Shown one piece after another: positions 40,761-49,815 of a DNA stretch of 64,000 nt. Each line of letters opens with the position of its first letter. The stretch's first letter is position 1. A program made the translations under genes and the position numbers. The notes below the pieces were generated by a model, which saw only the letters and a list, made by a program, of their open reading frames with translations, was not told the origin of the DNA and made no database searches. Origin of the DNA: Acidobacteriota bacterium (GTDB lineage: Bacteria; Acidobacteriota; UBA890; WLXD01); contig CBDFKD010000002.1 in the NCBI GenBank assembly GCA_965248695.1, positions 3,232,001 to 3,296,000 on the forward strand, read 5' to 3'.

Positions 40761-42244
40761 CAGCGCATCACGAAGGGGTTCGCCATCGGCTCGCTGGAGG
40801 TGTTGACCCACACGGACTTGGAGCGCGTGTAGTCGTAGATCGCCTGCAGTCCGCTCTCGCGACCGTAACCGCTGTTCTTGAAGCCGCCGAACTCGGCCAC
40901 CGGGGAGACCACGCGGTAGGTGTTGACCCACACGATGCCGGCGCGGATGGCGCGGGTCATGCGTAACGCGCGGGCGCTGTCGCGGGTGAAGATGCCAGCC
41001 GCAAGGCCATACTTGGTGTCGTTGGCAGCCGCCACGACCTCCTCCTCGGTGCTGAATCGCAGCACGCTGAGCACCGGCCCGAACAGTTCGGTATCGACGA
41101 TCTGATCGCCCTGACCGGTGCACTCGATGATCGTCGGCTCGAAGAACCACCCGTCCCCCAGTCCCGACGGGCGGCCACCGCCGTGGAGGATCCTGGCACC
41201 CTGCTCCCGGGCCACCTCGATCTCCCGCTCGATCCTCTGTAGCTGGGCCTCGGTGGCCAGCGGGCCCATCTGAGTCTCATCAGCCAGCGGATCGCCGATG
41301 CGGATCTGGTCGGCTCTTTCGACCAGGCCTGCGAGGAACTGGTCGGCGATGCTCTCGTGTAGGTAGAGGCGAGATCCGGCGACACAGCTCTGACCGCTGG
41401 CGCCGAAGATGCTGGCCACGACGCCATTCGTGGCGCTCTCCATGTCGGCATCCTCGAAGACGACGACCGGAGACTTGCCGCCGAGCTCCAGCGACACCTG
41501 GGCGAGATTCTCCGCCGAGTTGCGAACCACGTGCCGCGCGGTCTCGGGACCGCCGGTGAAGCTGATGCGGGCCACGAGGGGGTGCGCGGTCAGCGCTTGC
41601 CCGCACGGTTGGCCGTGGCCGGAGATGATGTTGACCACGCCGGCAGGAAAGCCGGCCTCCTCGACGACGCGACCGAACTCCAGCAGCGGCGCCGAGGCGT
41701 CCTCGGAGGCCTTCACGACCACCGTGTTGCCGGCGGCGAGCGCCGGTCCCACCTTGACCGCCAGCAGGAACAGCTGCGAGTTCCAGGGAACCACTGCTGC
41801 GACAACACCGAGCGGCTCGCGCGTCGTGAACACCAGCAGGTCCGGCTTGTCGATGGGCAGGGTCTCGCCGTGTACCTTGTCGGCCAGACCGGCGTAGTAG
41901 TGGAAGTACTCGGCGATGTAGCCGGCCTGCCAGCGAGTCTCCTTGAGCAACTTGCCGGTATCGACGGTCTCGGTCCGCCCCAGGGCTTCCGATCGTTCGG
42001 CGAGCAGGTCACCGAGCTTGCGCAGGTACTTACCGCGCGCGGTCGGAGTGGTAGCGGCCCAGGGGCCCTCGGTGAATGCGCGGTGTGCCGCCGCCACGGC
42101 ACGGTTGACGTCCGCCTCGCTGGCATCGGGGATGCTGGCCCACGTCTCGCCGGTGGCGGGATTGACACTGTCGAAGCGGCGATCCCCCTCGGCGTCGACC
42201 CACTCGCCGTCGATCAGCATCTGGTATCGCTCGTTGCTACCCAT
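40760..42244 (-). CDS. Aldehyde dehydrogenase, TgnC-like
   Basis: PWNSQLFL, FTGGPETA, ELGGKSP, GQSCVAGSR, ELFGPV, C-terminal PFVMR. Confidence 0.9.
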   Translation of the reverse strand: MGSNERYQMLIDGEWVDAEGDRRFDSVNPATGETWASIPDASEADVNRAVAAAHRAFTEGPWAATTPTARGKYLRKLGDLLAERSEALGRTETVDTGKLLKETRWQAGYIAEYFHYYAGLADKVHGETLPIDKPDLLVFTTREPLGVVAAVVPWNSQLFLLAVKVGPALAAGNTVVVKASEDASAPLLEFGRVVEEAGFPAGVVNIISGHGQPCGQALTAHPLVARISFTGGPETARHVVRNSAENLAQVSLELGGKSPVVVFEDADMESATNGVVASIFGASGQSCVAGSRLYLHESIADQFLAGLVERADQIRIGDPLADETQMGPLATEAQLQRIEREIEVAREQGARILHGGGRPSGLGDGWFFEPTIIECTGQGDQIVDTELFGPVLSVLRFSTEEEVVAAANDTKYGLAAGIFTRDSARALRMTRAIRAGIVWVNTYRVVSPVAEFGGFKNSGYGRESGLQAIYDYTRSKSVWVNTSSEPMANPFVMR

Positions 42245-42435
42245 GCTCTCCAACCTCACTTTGGCCAGCTTCTTCGTTGTCTTTTCCCGGCGCCGCGAGC
42301 CACACGAGTCGCGTGCAGGGGGTAGTTGTGCCTTTTGGTCACCTCGACATCAAGTGACGACCGGCAACCACGCGCATAAGATGGGGGCCCCGCGGAGCGG
42401 GGGGTACGCGCAATTCGACCCATGAGGCGGGCATT

Positions 42436-42861
42436 TTGGGCACCGGACGCGAGGTAATCGGCGGCGCACTGAGCATCGGGGGGCGCAGGCTGTCCCTTTC
42501 CAGGGCGATCCGCGCCGGCGACTTCGTCTTCCTGACCGGACAGATCCCGATGCGGGATGGCGAGGTGGTAACGGAGGGGTCGGTCGAGGAGCAGACGCGT
42601 ATCGTCCTCGATCTGATCAAGGCGACGCTGGCGGAGGCGGATTGCGGCCTCGGGGACGTGGTGAAGTCGATGATCTGGCTCAGGGATCGGGCGGATTTCC
42701 CCGGCTTCAACACTGTCTATGGTGACTACTTCCCGGACGAGCCGCCCGCCAGATCGGCGATCATTAGCGAGTTATTGGTGGACGTACGGGTCGAGATCGA
42801 GGTCGTCGCCTATAAGCCGCAGGAATGCCCTGGTCCGCAAACGCCGACGGTGCCGGCGTGA
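42436..42861 (+). CDS. RidA/YjgF-family protein
   Basis: SRAIRAGDFVFLTGQIP, EEQTR, DVVK, FN.VY..YF...PPARS, VEIEVVA. Confidence 0.9.
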   Translation: MGTGREVIGGALSIGGRRLSLSRAIRAGDFVFLTGQIPMRDGEVVTEGSVEEQTRIVLDLIKATLAEADCGLGDVVKSMIWLRDRADFPGFNTVYGDYFPDEPPARSAIISELLVDVRVEIEVVAYKPQECPGPQTPTVPA

Positions 42862-43928
42862 AGTTCGACCTGGTGGTCAACCTGGAACGCATCGACGACT
42901 CCGTCGAAATGCAGGACGTCCTGTCGCATACCACCGAGATGGTGGAGATGGCCGACGCGGCCGGCTTCGCGATCGTCTGGGCCGCCGAGCATCACGCCAT
43001 CGAGATGACCATCGCGCCCTCGCCGTTCCAGCTGCTGACCCACTTCGCGGCGCGCACCTCGCAGATCCGTCTCGGTACGGCTGTGGTAGTGGCACCGTAC
43101 TGGCACCCGATCAAGCTCGCTGGCGAGGCGGCGCTCTTCGACCTGCTGTCCGGCGGCCGATTGGAGTTCGGCATCGGGCGTGGCGCCTATCAGCGCGAAT
43201 TCGACCGGCTCATGGACGGAATGCACCAGCATCTGGGCGTACCGATGATGCTCGAGATGCTGCCGGCAGTGAAGGCACTCTGGCAGGGCGACTACGAGCA
43301 CGACGGGGAGTACTGGAAGTTCCCGGCGTCGACCTCGTGCCCGAAGCCGTTGCAGAAACCGCACCCGCCGATCTGGGTGGCGGCCCGCGATCCCGGAACC
43401 TTCAACGCGTCGGTAGCCGAGGGTCACAGCATCGTGACCTGGGCTCTGACGCGACCCTTCGCCGAGGTGGAGCTCTACAAGAGCCACTTCGAGAAGGCGC
43501 TGGCCGCCAGCCCCGGGGTCGAGCGACCGCGCTTCGGGACCATGCGTCACGTTGGCGTGTACTGCAGCGCCGGCGGCGAAGCGCCGTTTATCCAGGCCAT
43601 TCAACGACAGGGACGAGCGTTCGAGAACCTCTTCCGCAACCTGGCGCCGGTCGTCGACGGCTTCCCACAGGATCCGGATCCGGAATTGCTGACGAACCAG
43701 GCGGAGTACGAACCCGACAACCTGATGGCCAACCTGATCCTGGGCACCCCGGCCGAGGTCATCGAAAAGCTGCAGCCATACGCCGACCTCGGTGTGGACC
43801 ACTTCGTGTTCAACTCCGCCTACGGGCTGGCGCCTGAACACCAGAAGAACTCGCTGCGACTGTTCATCGACGAGGTCATGCCGGCGTTCGTCGAGGGCTC
43901 CAGTCCCGACGCGACGACCGGCCACTAG
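42858..43928 (+). CDS. Luciferase-like flavin-dependent monooxygenase, TgnB-like
   Basis: W.AEHH...TIAP.PF, RLGT..VVAPYWHPIKLAGEAA, GRGAY, PKPLQKPHPPIWVAARDP; GTGA overlap with the Rid gene. Confidence 0.88.
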   Translation: MKFDLVVNLERIDDSVEMQDVLSHTTEMVEMADAAGFAIVWAAEHHAIEMTIAPSPFQLLTHFAARTSQIRLGTAVVVAPYWHPIKLAGEAALFDLLSGGRLEFGIGRGAYQREFDRLMDGMHQHLGVPMMLEMLPAVKALWQGDYEHDGEYWKFPASTSCPKPLQKPHPPIWVAARDPGTFNASVAEGHSIVTWALTRPFAEVELYKSHFEKALAASPGVERPRFGTMRHVGVYCSAGGEAPFIQAIQRQGRAFENLFRNLAPVVDGFPQDPDPELLTNQAEYEPDNLMANLILGTPAEVIEKLQPYADLGVDHFVFNSAYGLAPEHQKNSLRLFIDEVMPAFVEGSSPDATTGH

Positions 43929-43936
43929 GAACGAGC

Positions 43937-44743
43937 ATGGTCATGGACGGTCCGACGCCGGGCACCGCGTGGACCTCCGCGGGGCAAGGACCACCGATCG
44001 TCCTCGTACACGGACTCGGGCTCAACCAGGGCTTGTGGCACTGGCTGGCTCCGGCGCTGTCGCCCAGCTACCGCGTCATCACATACGACCTGATCGGGCA
44101 CGGCACGAGTCCCAGGCCGCCGACGCCGTATTCGATACAGGACTTCGTGGACCAGCTCGACGAGCTAACGGCAGGGCTCGAGCTCGACTCCTTTGTGCTG
44201 GTCGGGTTCTCCCTCGGCGGGCTGATCGCGCAGGCCTTCGCTGTCGCCTATCCGGAGCGCGTGCCAGCGCTGGCCATCCTGCATTCGGCCCACGCCCGGA
44301 CAGAAGCCGAGACCGCCGCCGTGCTCGAGCGGGCGCGCGACGCCGCCATCCACGGACCCGGAGCCATGGTACCGGCGGCGCTCGATCGCTGGTTTAGCCC
44401 CGAATTCGCCCAACGCTCCCCCGATACGCTGCGTCGCGTCGCAGGCTGGATCGAGGCCAACGATGCCGCCGCCTTCGCGGCCGCGTATCGCGTGCTGGTC
44501 GACGCGGACGCGGAACTAGTCAATGCCCTGCACCGCATCGCGTGCCCGACGCTGGTGGTCACCGGCTCGGAGGACCACGGCAACTCCCCCGAGATGGCGC
44601 AGCGAATGGCGCGCGTCATCCCGGTTGCCGAATGCCATATTCTCCCGGGCCTGCGCCACATGGCGCTGGCCGAAGACCCGCAGTCGACGCTCGACATCCT
44701 GTTGCCGTTTCTGCGTCGGACGATCGCCGATGACCACTCGTAG
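43937..44743 (+). CDS. Alpha/beta hydrolase (TgnD/PcaD-like)
   Basis: LVHGLG, YDLIGHG, GFSLGG nucleophile elbow, RWF, TGSED, LRHM. Confidence 0.85.
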   Translation: MVMDGPTPGTAWTSAGQGPPIVLVHGLGLNQGLWHWLAPALSPSYRVITYDLIGHGTSPRPPTPYSIQDFVDQLDELTAGLELDSFVLVGFSLGGLIAQAFAVAYPERVPALAILHSAHARTEAETAAVLERARDAAIHGPGAMVPAALDRWFSPEFAQRSPDTLRRVAGWIEANDAAAFAAAYRVLVDADAELVNALHRIACPTLVVTGSEDHGNSPEMAQRMARVIPVAECHILPGLRHMALAEDPQSTLDILLPFLRRTIADDHS

Positions 44744-45773
44744 CTCCGTGATCGGGATCGTCGGCACCGGGGTTATCGGCGGCGGCTGGGCGCTGCACTT
44801 CCTGGCTCAGGGGCTCGACGTGGTGGCGTTCGATCCGCACCCGCAAGCACGTGGTCGGATGGATCGTCTGACCGAGACAGCCTGGCCGGCGCTCGAGAAG
44901 CTCGGTCTGAAACCCGGCGCCTCGCTGCGGCGACTCCGCTACGCCGACACGCTCGAAGACGCCGTCGCGGATGTCGATGTCGTGCAGGAGAGCACTCCGG
45001 AGCACCTCGAATCGAAAGTCGAGGTCTTCCGTCGTATGGACGCCGCCGCGCCGCCGGACACGCTGTTGCTGTCGAGCACCTCGGGCCTCTCGATGTCGGA
45101 CATGCAGGTCGCCTGTGCGCATCCCGAACGCACCGCCGTCGGTCACCCCTTCAACCCGCCCTATCTCATTCCGCTGGTCGAGGTGGTCGGTGGGCGCCGC
45201 ACCAGCACCGCAACGGTCGACCGTGCAGCAGCGTTCTATTCTGCTCACGGCAAGCGCGTCGTGAAGCTCCGCAAGGAGCTGCCGGGATTCATCGCCGCGC
45301 GGCTCCAGGAGGCCATGTGGCGCGAGATGCTCCACATGGTTGCCAACGACGAGGCCACGGTGCAGGAGATCGACGAAGCCATCGTCGCCGGACCGGGGTT
45401 ACGGTGGGCGATCATGGGACCAGGCTTGACGTTTCATGTTGCCGGCGGTGAAGGGGGAATGGCGCACGTGCTCGATCAGTTCGGTCCGGCGCTCAAGTGG
45501 CCGTGGACGCGGCTGGAAGCACCCGAGCTCACCGACGACCTCCGCCGCCGCATGATCGAGGGCTGTGAGGAAGAGGCCGGTGGGCGCAGCATCGCCGAGC
45601 TCATCCGGGAGCGCGATGACACTCTGATCGAGATTCTGCGGACCATCGAGCGGCGCGCCACCACGCCACGCCCCGAGGTGGAACGCCCGGTTCCTGATGG
45701 CGCCGTCGCGGAAGGCGCCGATACGGAGGGCCTCCATTCAGACGGCCCCGACACGGAGAACACCGATGAGTGA
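44730..45773 (+). CDS. L-carnitine(-CoA) 3-dehydrogenase-like, 3-hydroxyacyl-CoA dehydrogenase family
   Basis: GTGVIGGGWA, QESTPE...K, SSTSG, GHPFNPPYL.PLVE, RLQEAMWRE.LHMV, GPGLRWA, QFGPALKWPWT.LEAPELT. Confidence 0.85.
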   Translation: MTTRSSVIGIVGTGVIGGGWALHFLAQGLDVVAFDPHPQARGRMDRLTETAWPALEKLGLKPGASLRRLRYADTLEDAVADVDVVQESTPEHLESKVEVFRRMDAAAPPDTLLLSSTSGLSMSDMQVACAHPERTAVGHPFNPPYLIPLVEVVGGRRTSTATVDRAAAFYSAHGKRVVKLRKELPGFIAARLQEAMWREMLHMVANDEATVQEIDEAIVAGPGLRWAIMGPGLTFHVAGGEGGMAHVLDQFGPALKWPWTRLEAPELTDDLRRRMIEGCEEEAGGRSIAELIRERDDTLIEILRTIERRATTPRPEVERPVPDGAVAEGADTEGLHSDGPDTENTDE

Positions 45774-46566
45774 CGCCGTCCAGGTCTCCACGCGAGACGG
45801 AGTGCTGGAGATCACCCTCGACCGGCCGCCGGTCAACGCCATCGACATACCCACCAGCGTGGCCCTCGGCGAGGCCTTCGTACAGCTGCGCGACGATCCC
45901 GACCTGCGCGTCGGCATCATCACCGGCGGCGGCGAGAAGACGTTCTGTGCCGGGTGGGACTTGAAGGCGCTGGATGCCGGCGACATGGCGCTGGAGCGCT
46001 GGTGGGAGGCGGACTACGGCCCGGGCGGATTCGCCGGGCTCACCGAGCTCTGGGACCTCCACAAGCCGGTGATCGCGGCGCTCAACGGCCACGCCATCGG
46101 TGGCGGAATGGAGCTCGCGCTTGCCTGCGATCTACTGCTGGCGGCGAGCCACGTGAGCTTCCGGTTGCCGGAGCTGCCGCTCGGTATGGTGCCCGACGCC
46201 GGTGCCGTGCAGCGGTTGCCGCGCCGCCTGCCGCGCAACATCGCCATGGAGATGCTCTACCTCGGTCGCTGGCTGACGGCGGAAGAGGCGGCGCACTTCG
46301 GGCTCGTCAACGCCGTCGTCGAACCGACCGCGCTGATGGACCGGGCGCGCGAATGGGCGGCTCAGATTGCCGAGGTCGCCCCGCTGGCAGTCCAGGCAAT
46401 GAAGGAAGTGACCGGCGGACTGGACGGCATGGCGCCGCAGCGCGCCTATGAGGTGCTGCGCCAGGGTAGGTTCCAGCACTACGAACGGATGATGACGTCG
46501 GAGGACGCCAAAGAGGGCGTCAGCGCCTTCGTGGAAAAACGCGACCCGACGTTCAAGAGCGAGTAG
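45766..46566 (+). CDS. Carnitinyl-CoA dehydratase/crotonobetainyl-CoA hydratase-like enoyl-CoA hydratase
   Basis: LDRP..NAID, FCAGWDLKA, DYGPGGFAGL, AIGGGMELAL, LPE..LG..PDAG, SEDAKEG..AF.EKR. Confidence 0.85.
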   Translation: MSDAVQVSTRDGVLEITLDRPPVNAIDIPTSVALGEAFVQLRDDPDLRVGIITGGGEKTFCAGWDLKALDAGDMALERWWEADYGPGGFAGLTELWDLHKPVIAALNGHAIGGGMELALACDLLLAASHVSFRLPELPLGMVPDAGAVQRLPRRLPRNIAMEMLYLGRWLTAEEAAHFGLVNAVVEPTALMDRAREWAAQIAEVAPLAVQAMKEVTGGLDGMAPQRAYEVLRQGRFQHYERMMTSEDAKEGVSAFVEKRDPTFKSE

Positions 46567-46571
46567 GCCAG

Positions 46572-48632
46572 ATGGATCTCGTGCGCCTGCTATCTCCGCG
46601 TGCCGTGGCATTCGTCGGCGGACGAATCGCCGAGATGGCCATCCGACGCTGCCAGCAGCTCGGCTATTCGGGCGAGATCATGCCGGTTCATCCGCGACGC
46701 GATTCGGTCGCCGGCCTACGGTGCTATCCGAGCCTCGAGTCGCTGCCGTGCATACCCGACGCGGCCTACGTCGGGGTCAACCGCGACCTCACGATCGACA
46801 TCGTCGGACGCCTCGCCGCCATGGGCGCAGGCGGCTGCGTCTGCTACGCCGCCGGATTCGCCGAGATGGGCGACACCGGGCAGGAGTACCAGGATCGCCT
46901 GGTCGAGGCCGCCGGCAAGATGCCCTTGGTCGGCCCCAATTGCTTCGGCTTCGTGAACCTGGTGGATGACTGCGCCCTGTGGCCCTACCTGTTCGGCGGC
47001 GAGCACGTGGAGCAGGGTGTGGCGCTGATCTCCCAGAGCGGCAACATCGCCATGAACCTGACGATGAACCGGCGCTCGGTGCGATTCACCCACGTGATCG
47101 GCACCAGGAACCAGGCGGTGCTGGGGCCCGGCGACTATCTCGATGCGCTGCTGGACGATCCTCGGGTGCGCGCCGTGGGCATGTACCTGGAAGGGCTCGA
47201 CGATGTCGCTCGTTTCGGCGCGGCGGCGACGCGGGCGCTGGATCAGAGTGTGCCGGTAGTGGTCATGAAGGTTGGACGCACGGAAGCGGCGGCCGAGCGG
47301 GCCAGCACGCACACGAGCTCGCTGACCGGCGCGGACACGGTGGTCGACGCCTTCTTCAAACGCCTGGGGGTTACGCGGGTCGAGTCGCTGAACCAGCTGC
47401 TGGAGACGCTGAAGGTATTCGACCGGGCAGGACCGTTGCCCGGCAACGACGTCGTGACGCTATCGTGCTCGGGCGGAGAAGCCGCCATTCTGGCGGATCT
47501 CACCGAGCAGCGCGGGCTGAGCACCTCGGCGTTCTCGGATCAACAGCGCCGTGATCTCGAGGCCGAATTCGCCGACTACGTCACCGTCTCCAACCCCTTC
47601 GACTACAACACCTCTATCTGGGGGGACGGAGCCGCGCAGGAGCGCTGCTTCACGACCTCGATGAGCGGCGCGCACGATGCCGCGCTGCTGATCTACGACC
47701 ATCCAACGGTCAAGGCAGACGAGGTCGACGAGTGGATCGTCGCTCTCGACGCGTTCGTGAGGGCGCACGAGGCAACCGGTATGCCGTCATTTGTGGTCAG
47801 CACGATCACCGAGCTGTTGCCCGCAGCGCTGCGCCAGCGGCTGATCGAACGTGGCGTCACGCCACTGCAGGGGCTCGAGGATGGAATCTTTGCAATCGCC
47901 GCGGCAGCCAACTACGCCCGCCGACGCGCCGCTGCACCTGCCGCGATCGCGGTTCCCGGCAACGCCCCGGCTGATGGCGTCTGGCTCGACGAGTGGGAGA
48001 GCAAGCAACAACTTGCCGCGTGCGGCCTCGACTCCCCGCTGGGGGCCGTCGGGGCTGCCGACGAGCTACCGGCGATCGCCGATCGCCTCGGCTACCCGGT
48101 GGCTGTCAAGGCCGTCGGGGCCGAGTTCGCCCACAAGACCGAGCTCGGAGCCGTGGCGCTTGGCCTCGACCGCGAAGCAGCACTCGTGGCCGCCGTCGCC
48201 GAGATCACCGAGTCGGCGGCGCGAACCGGCAACCGGCCGCGCCGCTTCCTCGTGGAGCGCATGGTCGAAGATGCGGTGGCTGAGCTCCTCATTGGTGTGA
48301 AACGAGATCCGCAGTTCGGCTTGATCCTGGTCATCGGCAGCGGCGGAGTGCTCGTGGAGCTGGCCGCCGACACCGCGCTCCTGCTACTGCCAATCGACCG
48401 GACGGCAGCCGCTGCAGCGCTCGCTTCGCTGAAGATCGATCGCTTGCTAGACGGGTACCGCGGCGCGCCAGCCGGCGATCGCGACGCGGCGATCGATGCC
48501 ATCGTCGCGGTGGCGGACCTGGCGATCGGCCATTGGGATACCCTCCAGGAGCTCGATATCAACCCCCTCATGGTTCGTCCGGTTGGCCGCGGTGCCGTAG
48601 CCGCCGACGCCCTGATCCGGATGTCACTATAG
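46572..48632 (+). CDS. ADP-forming acyl-CoA synthetase (acetate--CoA ligase family, fused alpha/beta)
   Basis: CoA-binding N-domain, AGFAE, GPNC.G, SQSGN, THT (phospho-His), SCSGG, HKTELGAV, ELDINP. Confidence 0.88.
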   Translation: MDLVRLLSPRAVAFVGGRIAEMAIRRCQQLGYSGEIMPVHPRRDSVAGLRCYPSLESLPCIPDAAYVGVNRDLTIDIVGRLAAMGAGGCVCYAAGFAEMGDTGQEYQDRLVEAAGKMPLVGPNCFGFVNLVDDCALWPYLFGGEHVEQGVALISQSGNIAMNLTMNRRSVRFTHVIGTRNQAVLGPGDYLDALLDDPRVRAVGMYLEGLDDVARFGAAATRALDQSVPVVVMKVGRTEAAAERASTHTSSLTGADTVVDAFFKRLGVTRVESLNQLLETLKVFDRAGPLPGNDVVTLSCSGGEAAILADLTEQRGLSTSAFSDQQRRDLEAEFADYVTVSNPFDYNTSIWGDGAAQERCFTTSMSGAHDAALLIYDHPTVKADEVDEWIVALDAFVRAHEATGMPSFVVSTITELLPAALRQRLIERGVTPLQGLEDGIFAIAAAANYARRRAAAPAAIAVPGNAPADGVWLDEWESKQQLAACGLDSPLGAVGAADELPAIADRLGYPVAVKAVGAEFAHKTELGAVALGLDREAALVAAVAEITESAARTGNRPRRFLVERMVEDAVAELLIGVKRDPQFGLILVIGSGGVLVELAADTALLLLPIDRTAAAAALASLKIDRLLDGYRGAPAGDRDAAIDAIVAVADLAIGHWDTLQELDINPLMVRPVGRGAVAADALIRMSL

Positions 48633-48681
48633 AACCCAACAGCTCGCGACAAGGAAAGTCGATGACCGGTGCTCCTGCATC

Positions 48682-49563
48682 ATGAGTACTAGCGGCGTCA
48701 TCATCACCTGCGCCGTCACCGGCTCGGGAGATACGCTCGACAAGCATCCGGATGTGCCGGTCACCCCGCAGCAGGTTGCGGACGCCTGTGTCGAGGCAGC
48801 GAATGCCGGCGCCGCGGTGGTCCACATTCACGTGCGCGATCCGGAGACGGGCAAGGGCAGCCGAAATGCCGATCTGTTTCGCGACACTGTCGAGCGCCTA
48901 CGGAGCCGCAACTCCGAAGTGATCGTCAACCTGACCTCGGGGATGGGCGGCGACTTCGTTCCCGGCGAGGACGACCCTTCCGTGGCCGGACCCGGAACCG
49001 ACCTCATCGGGCCACTCGAGCGACTGGTCCATGTCGAGGAGCTGCGACCCGATATCTGCAGCCTCGATTGCGGCAGCATGAACTTCGGCCTCGGTCACGA
49101 GGTCTACATCAACACCACCGCCAATCTCGAGATCATGGCGCGCCGTTGTCAGGAGATCGGCGTCAAGCCCGAGCTCGAGGTCTTCGATCTGGGGCAAATC
49201 CGTTGCGCCAAGTACCTTCGAGATAAGGGCCTGGTCGATGATCCGCCCATGTTCCAGATTTGCCTCGGCCTGGCGTGGGGGGCCGGTGCCGACGCCGAGT
49301 CGATGTTGGCGATGCGCAACGAGCTGCCAGAGGGCGCCAACTGGTTCGCCTTCGGCGTCGGGCGCCAGCAGATGCCGATGGCGGCTCAGAGCGTGCTGCT
49401 TGGAGGCCACGTTCGCGTCGGCCTCGAAGACAACCTCTACCTCAGCCGCGGCGTCCTGGCCAGCAACGGCGATCTGGTGGCGAAGGCTGTACGGATCGTC
49501 GAAGAGCTCGGTGCGCGCGTGCTCGAACCCGCTGAGGCGCGAGCGGTTCTAGGGATCGCCTGA
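48682..49563 (+). CDS. Beta-keto acid cleavage enzyme (BKACE/DUF849, CdhC-like)
   Basis: IITCAVTG, AGAAVVHIHVRDP, SLDCGSMNF, KPELEVFD, GGHVRVGLEDN. Confidence 0.93.
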   Translation: MSTSGVIITCAVTGSGDTLDKHPDVPVTPQQVADACVEAANAGAAVVHIHVRDPETGKGSRNADLFRDTVERLRSRNSEVIVNLTSGMGGDFVPGEDDPSVAGPGTDLIGPLERLVHVEELRPDICSLDCGSMNFGLGHEVYINTTANLEIMARRCQEIGVKPELEVFDLGQIRCAKYLRDKGLVDDPPMFQICLGLAWGAGADAESMLAMRNELPEGANWFAFGVGRQQMPMAAQSVLLGGHVRVGLEDNLYLSRGVLASNGDLVAKAVRIVEELGARVLEPAEARAVLGIA

Positions 49564-49815
49564 CTATCCAGGAGCTTCGCCAATAGGCGCAAAGACGACC
49601 TTGGAGTCTTGACGTTGCTGTTGTCTTTGGCCGTCGTGCCCGGGATGGTGACGGGGGCGAGGACATGCGCATCTCCTTCCTCGTCGGCGCGGACGGGGTG
49701 CTGAGCGAGGTTGTCCAGCGACCGCGGTAATCGACGCCCCGTGCAATAGGGCTTCGGACGACCGGGTTCACCGGAATACTCTCGCTGGGAGCCCCCGAGA
49801 AGCCGGAGTCCGTCG

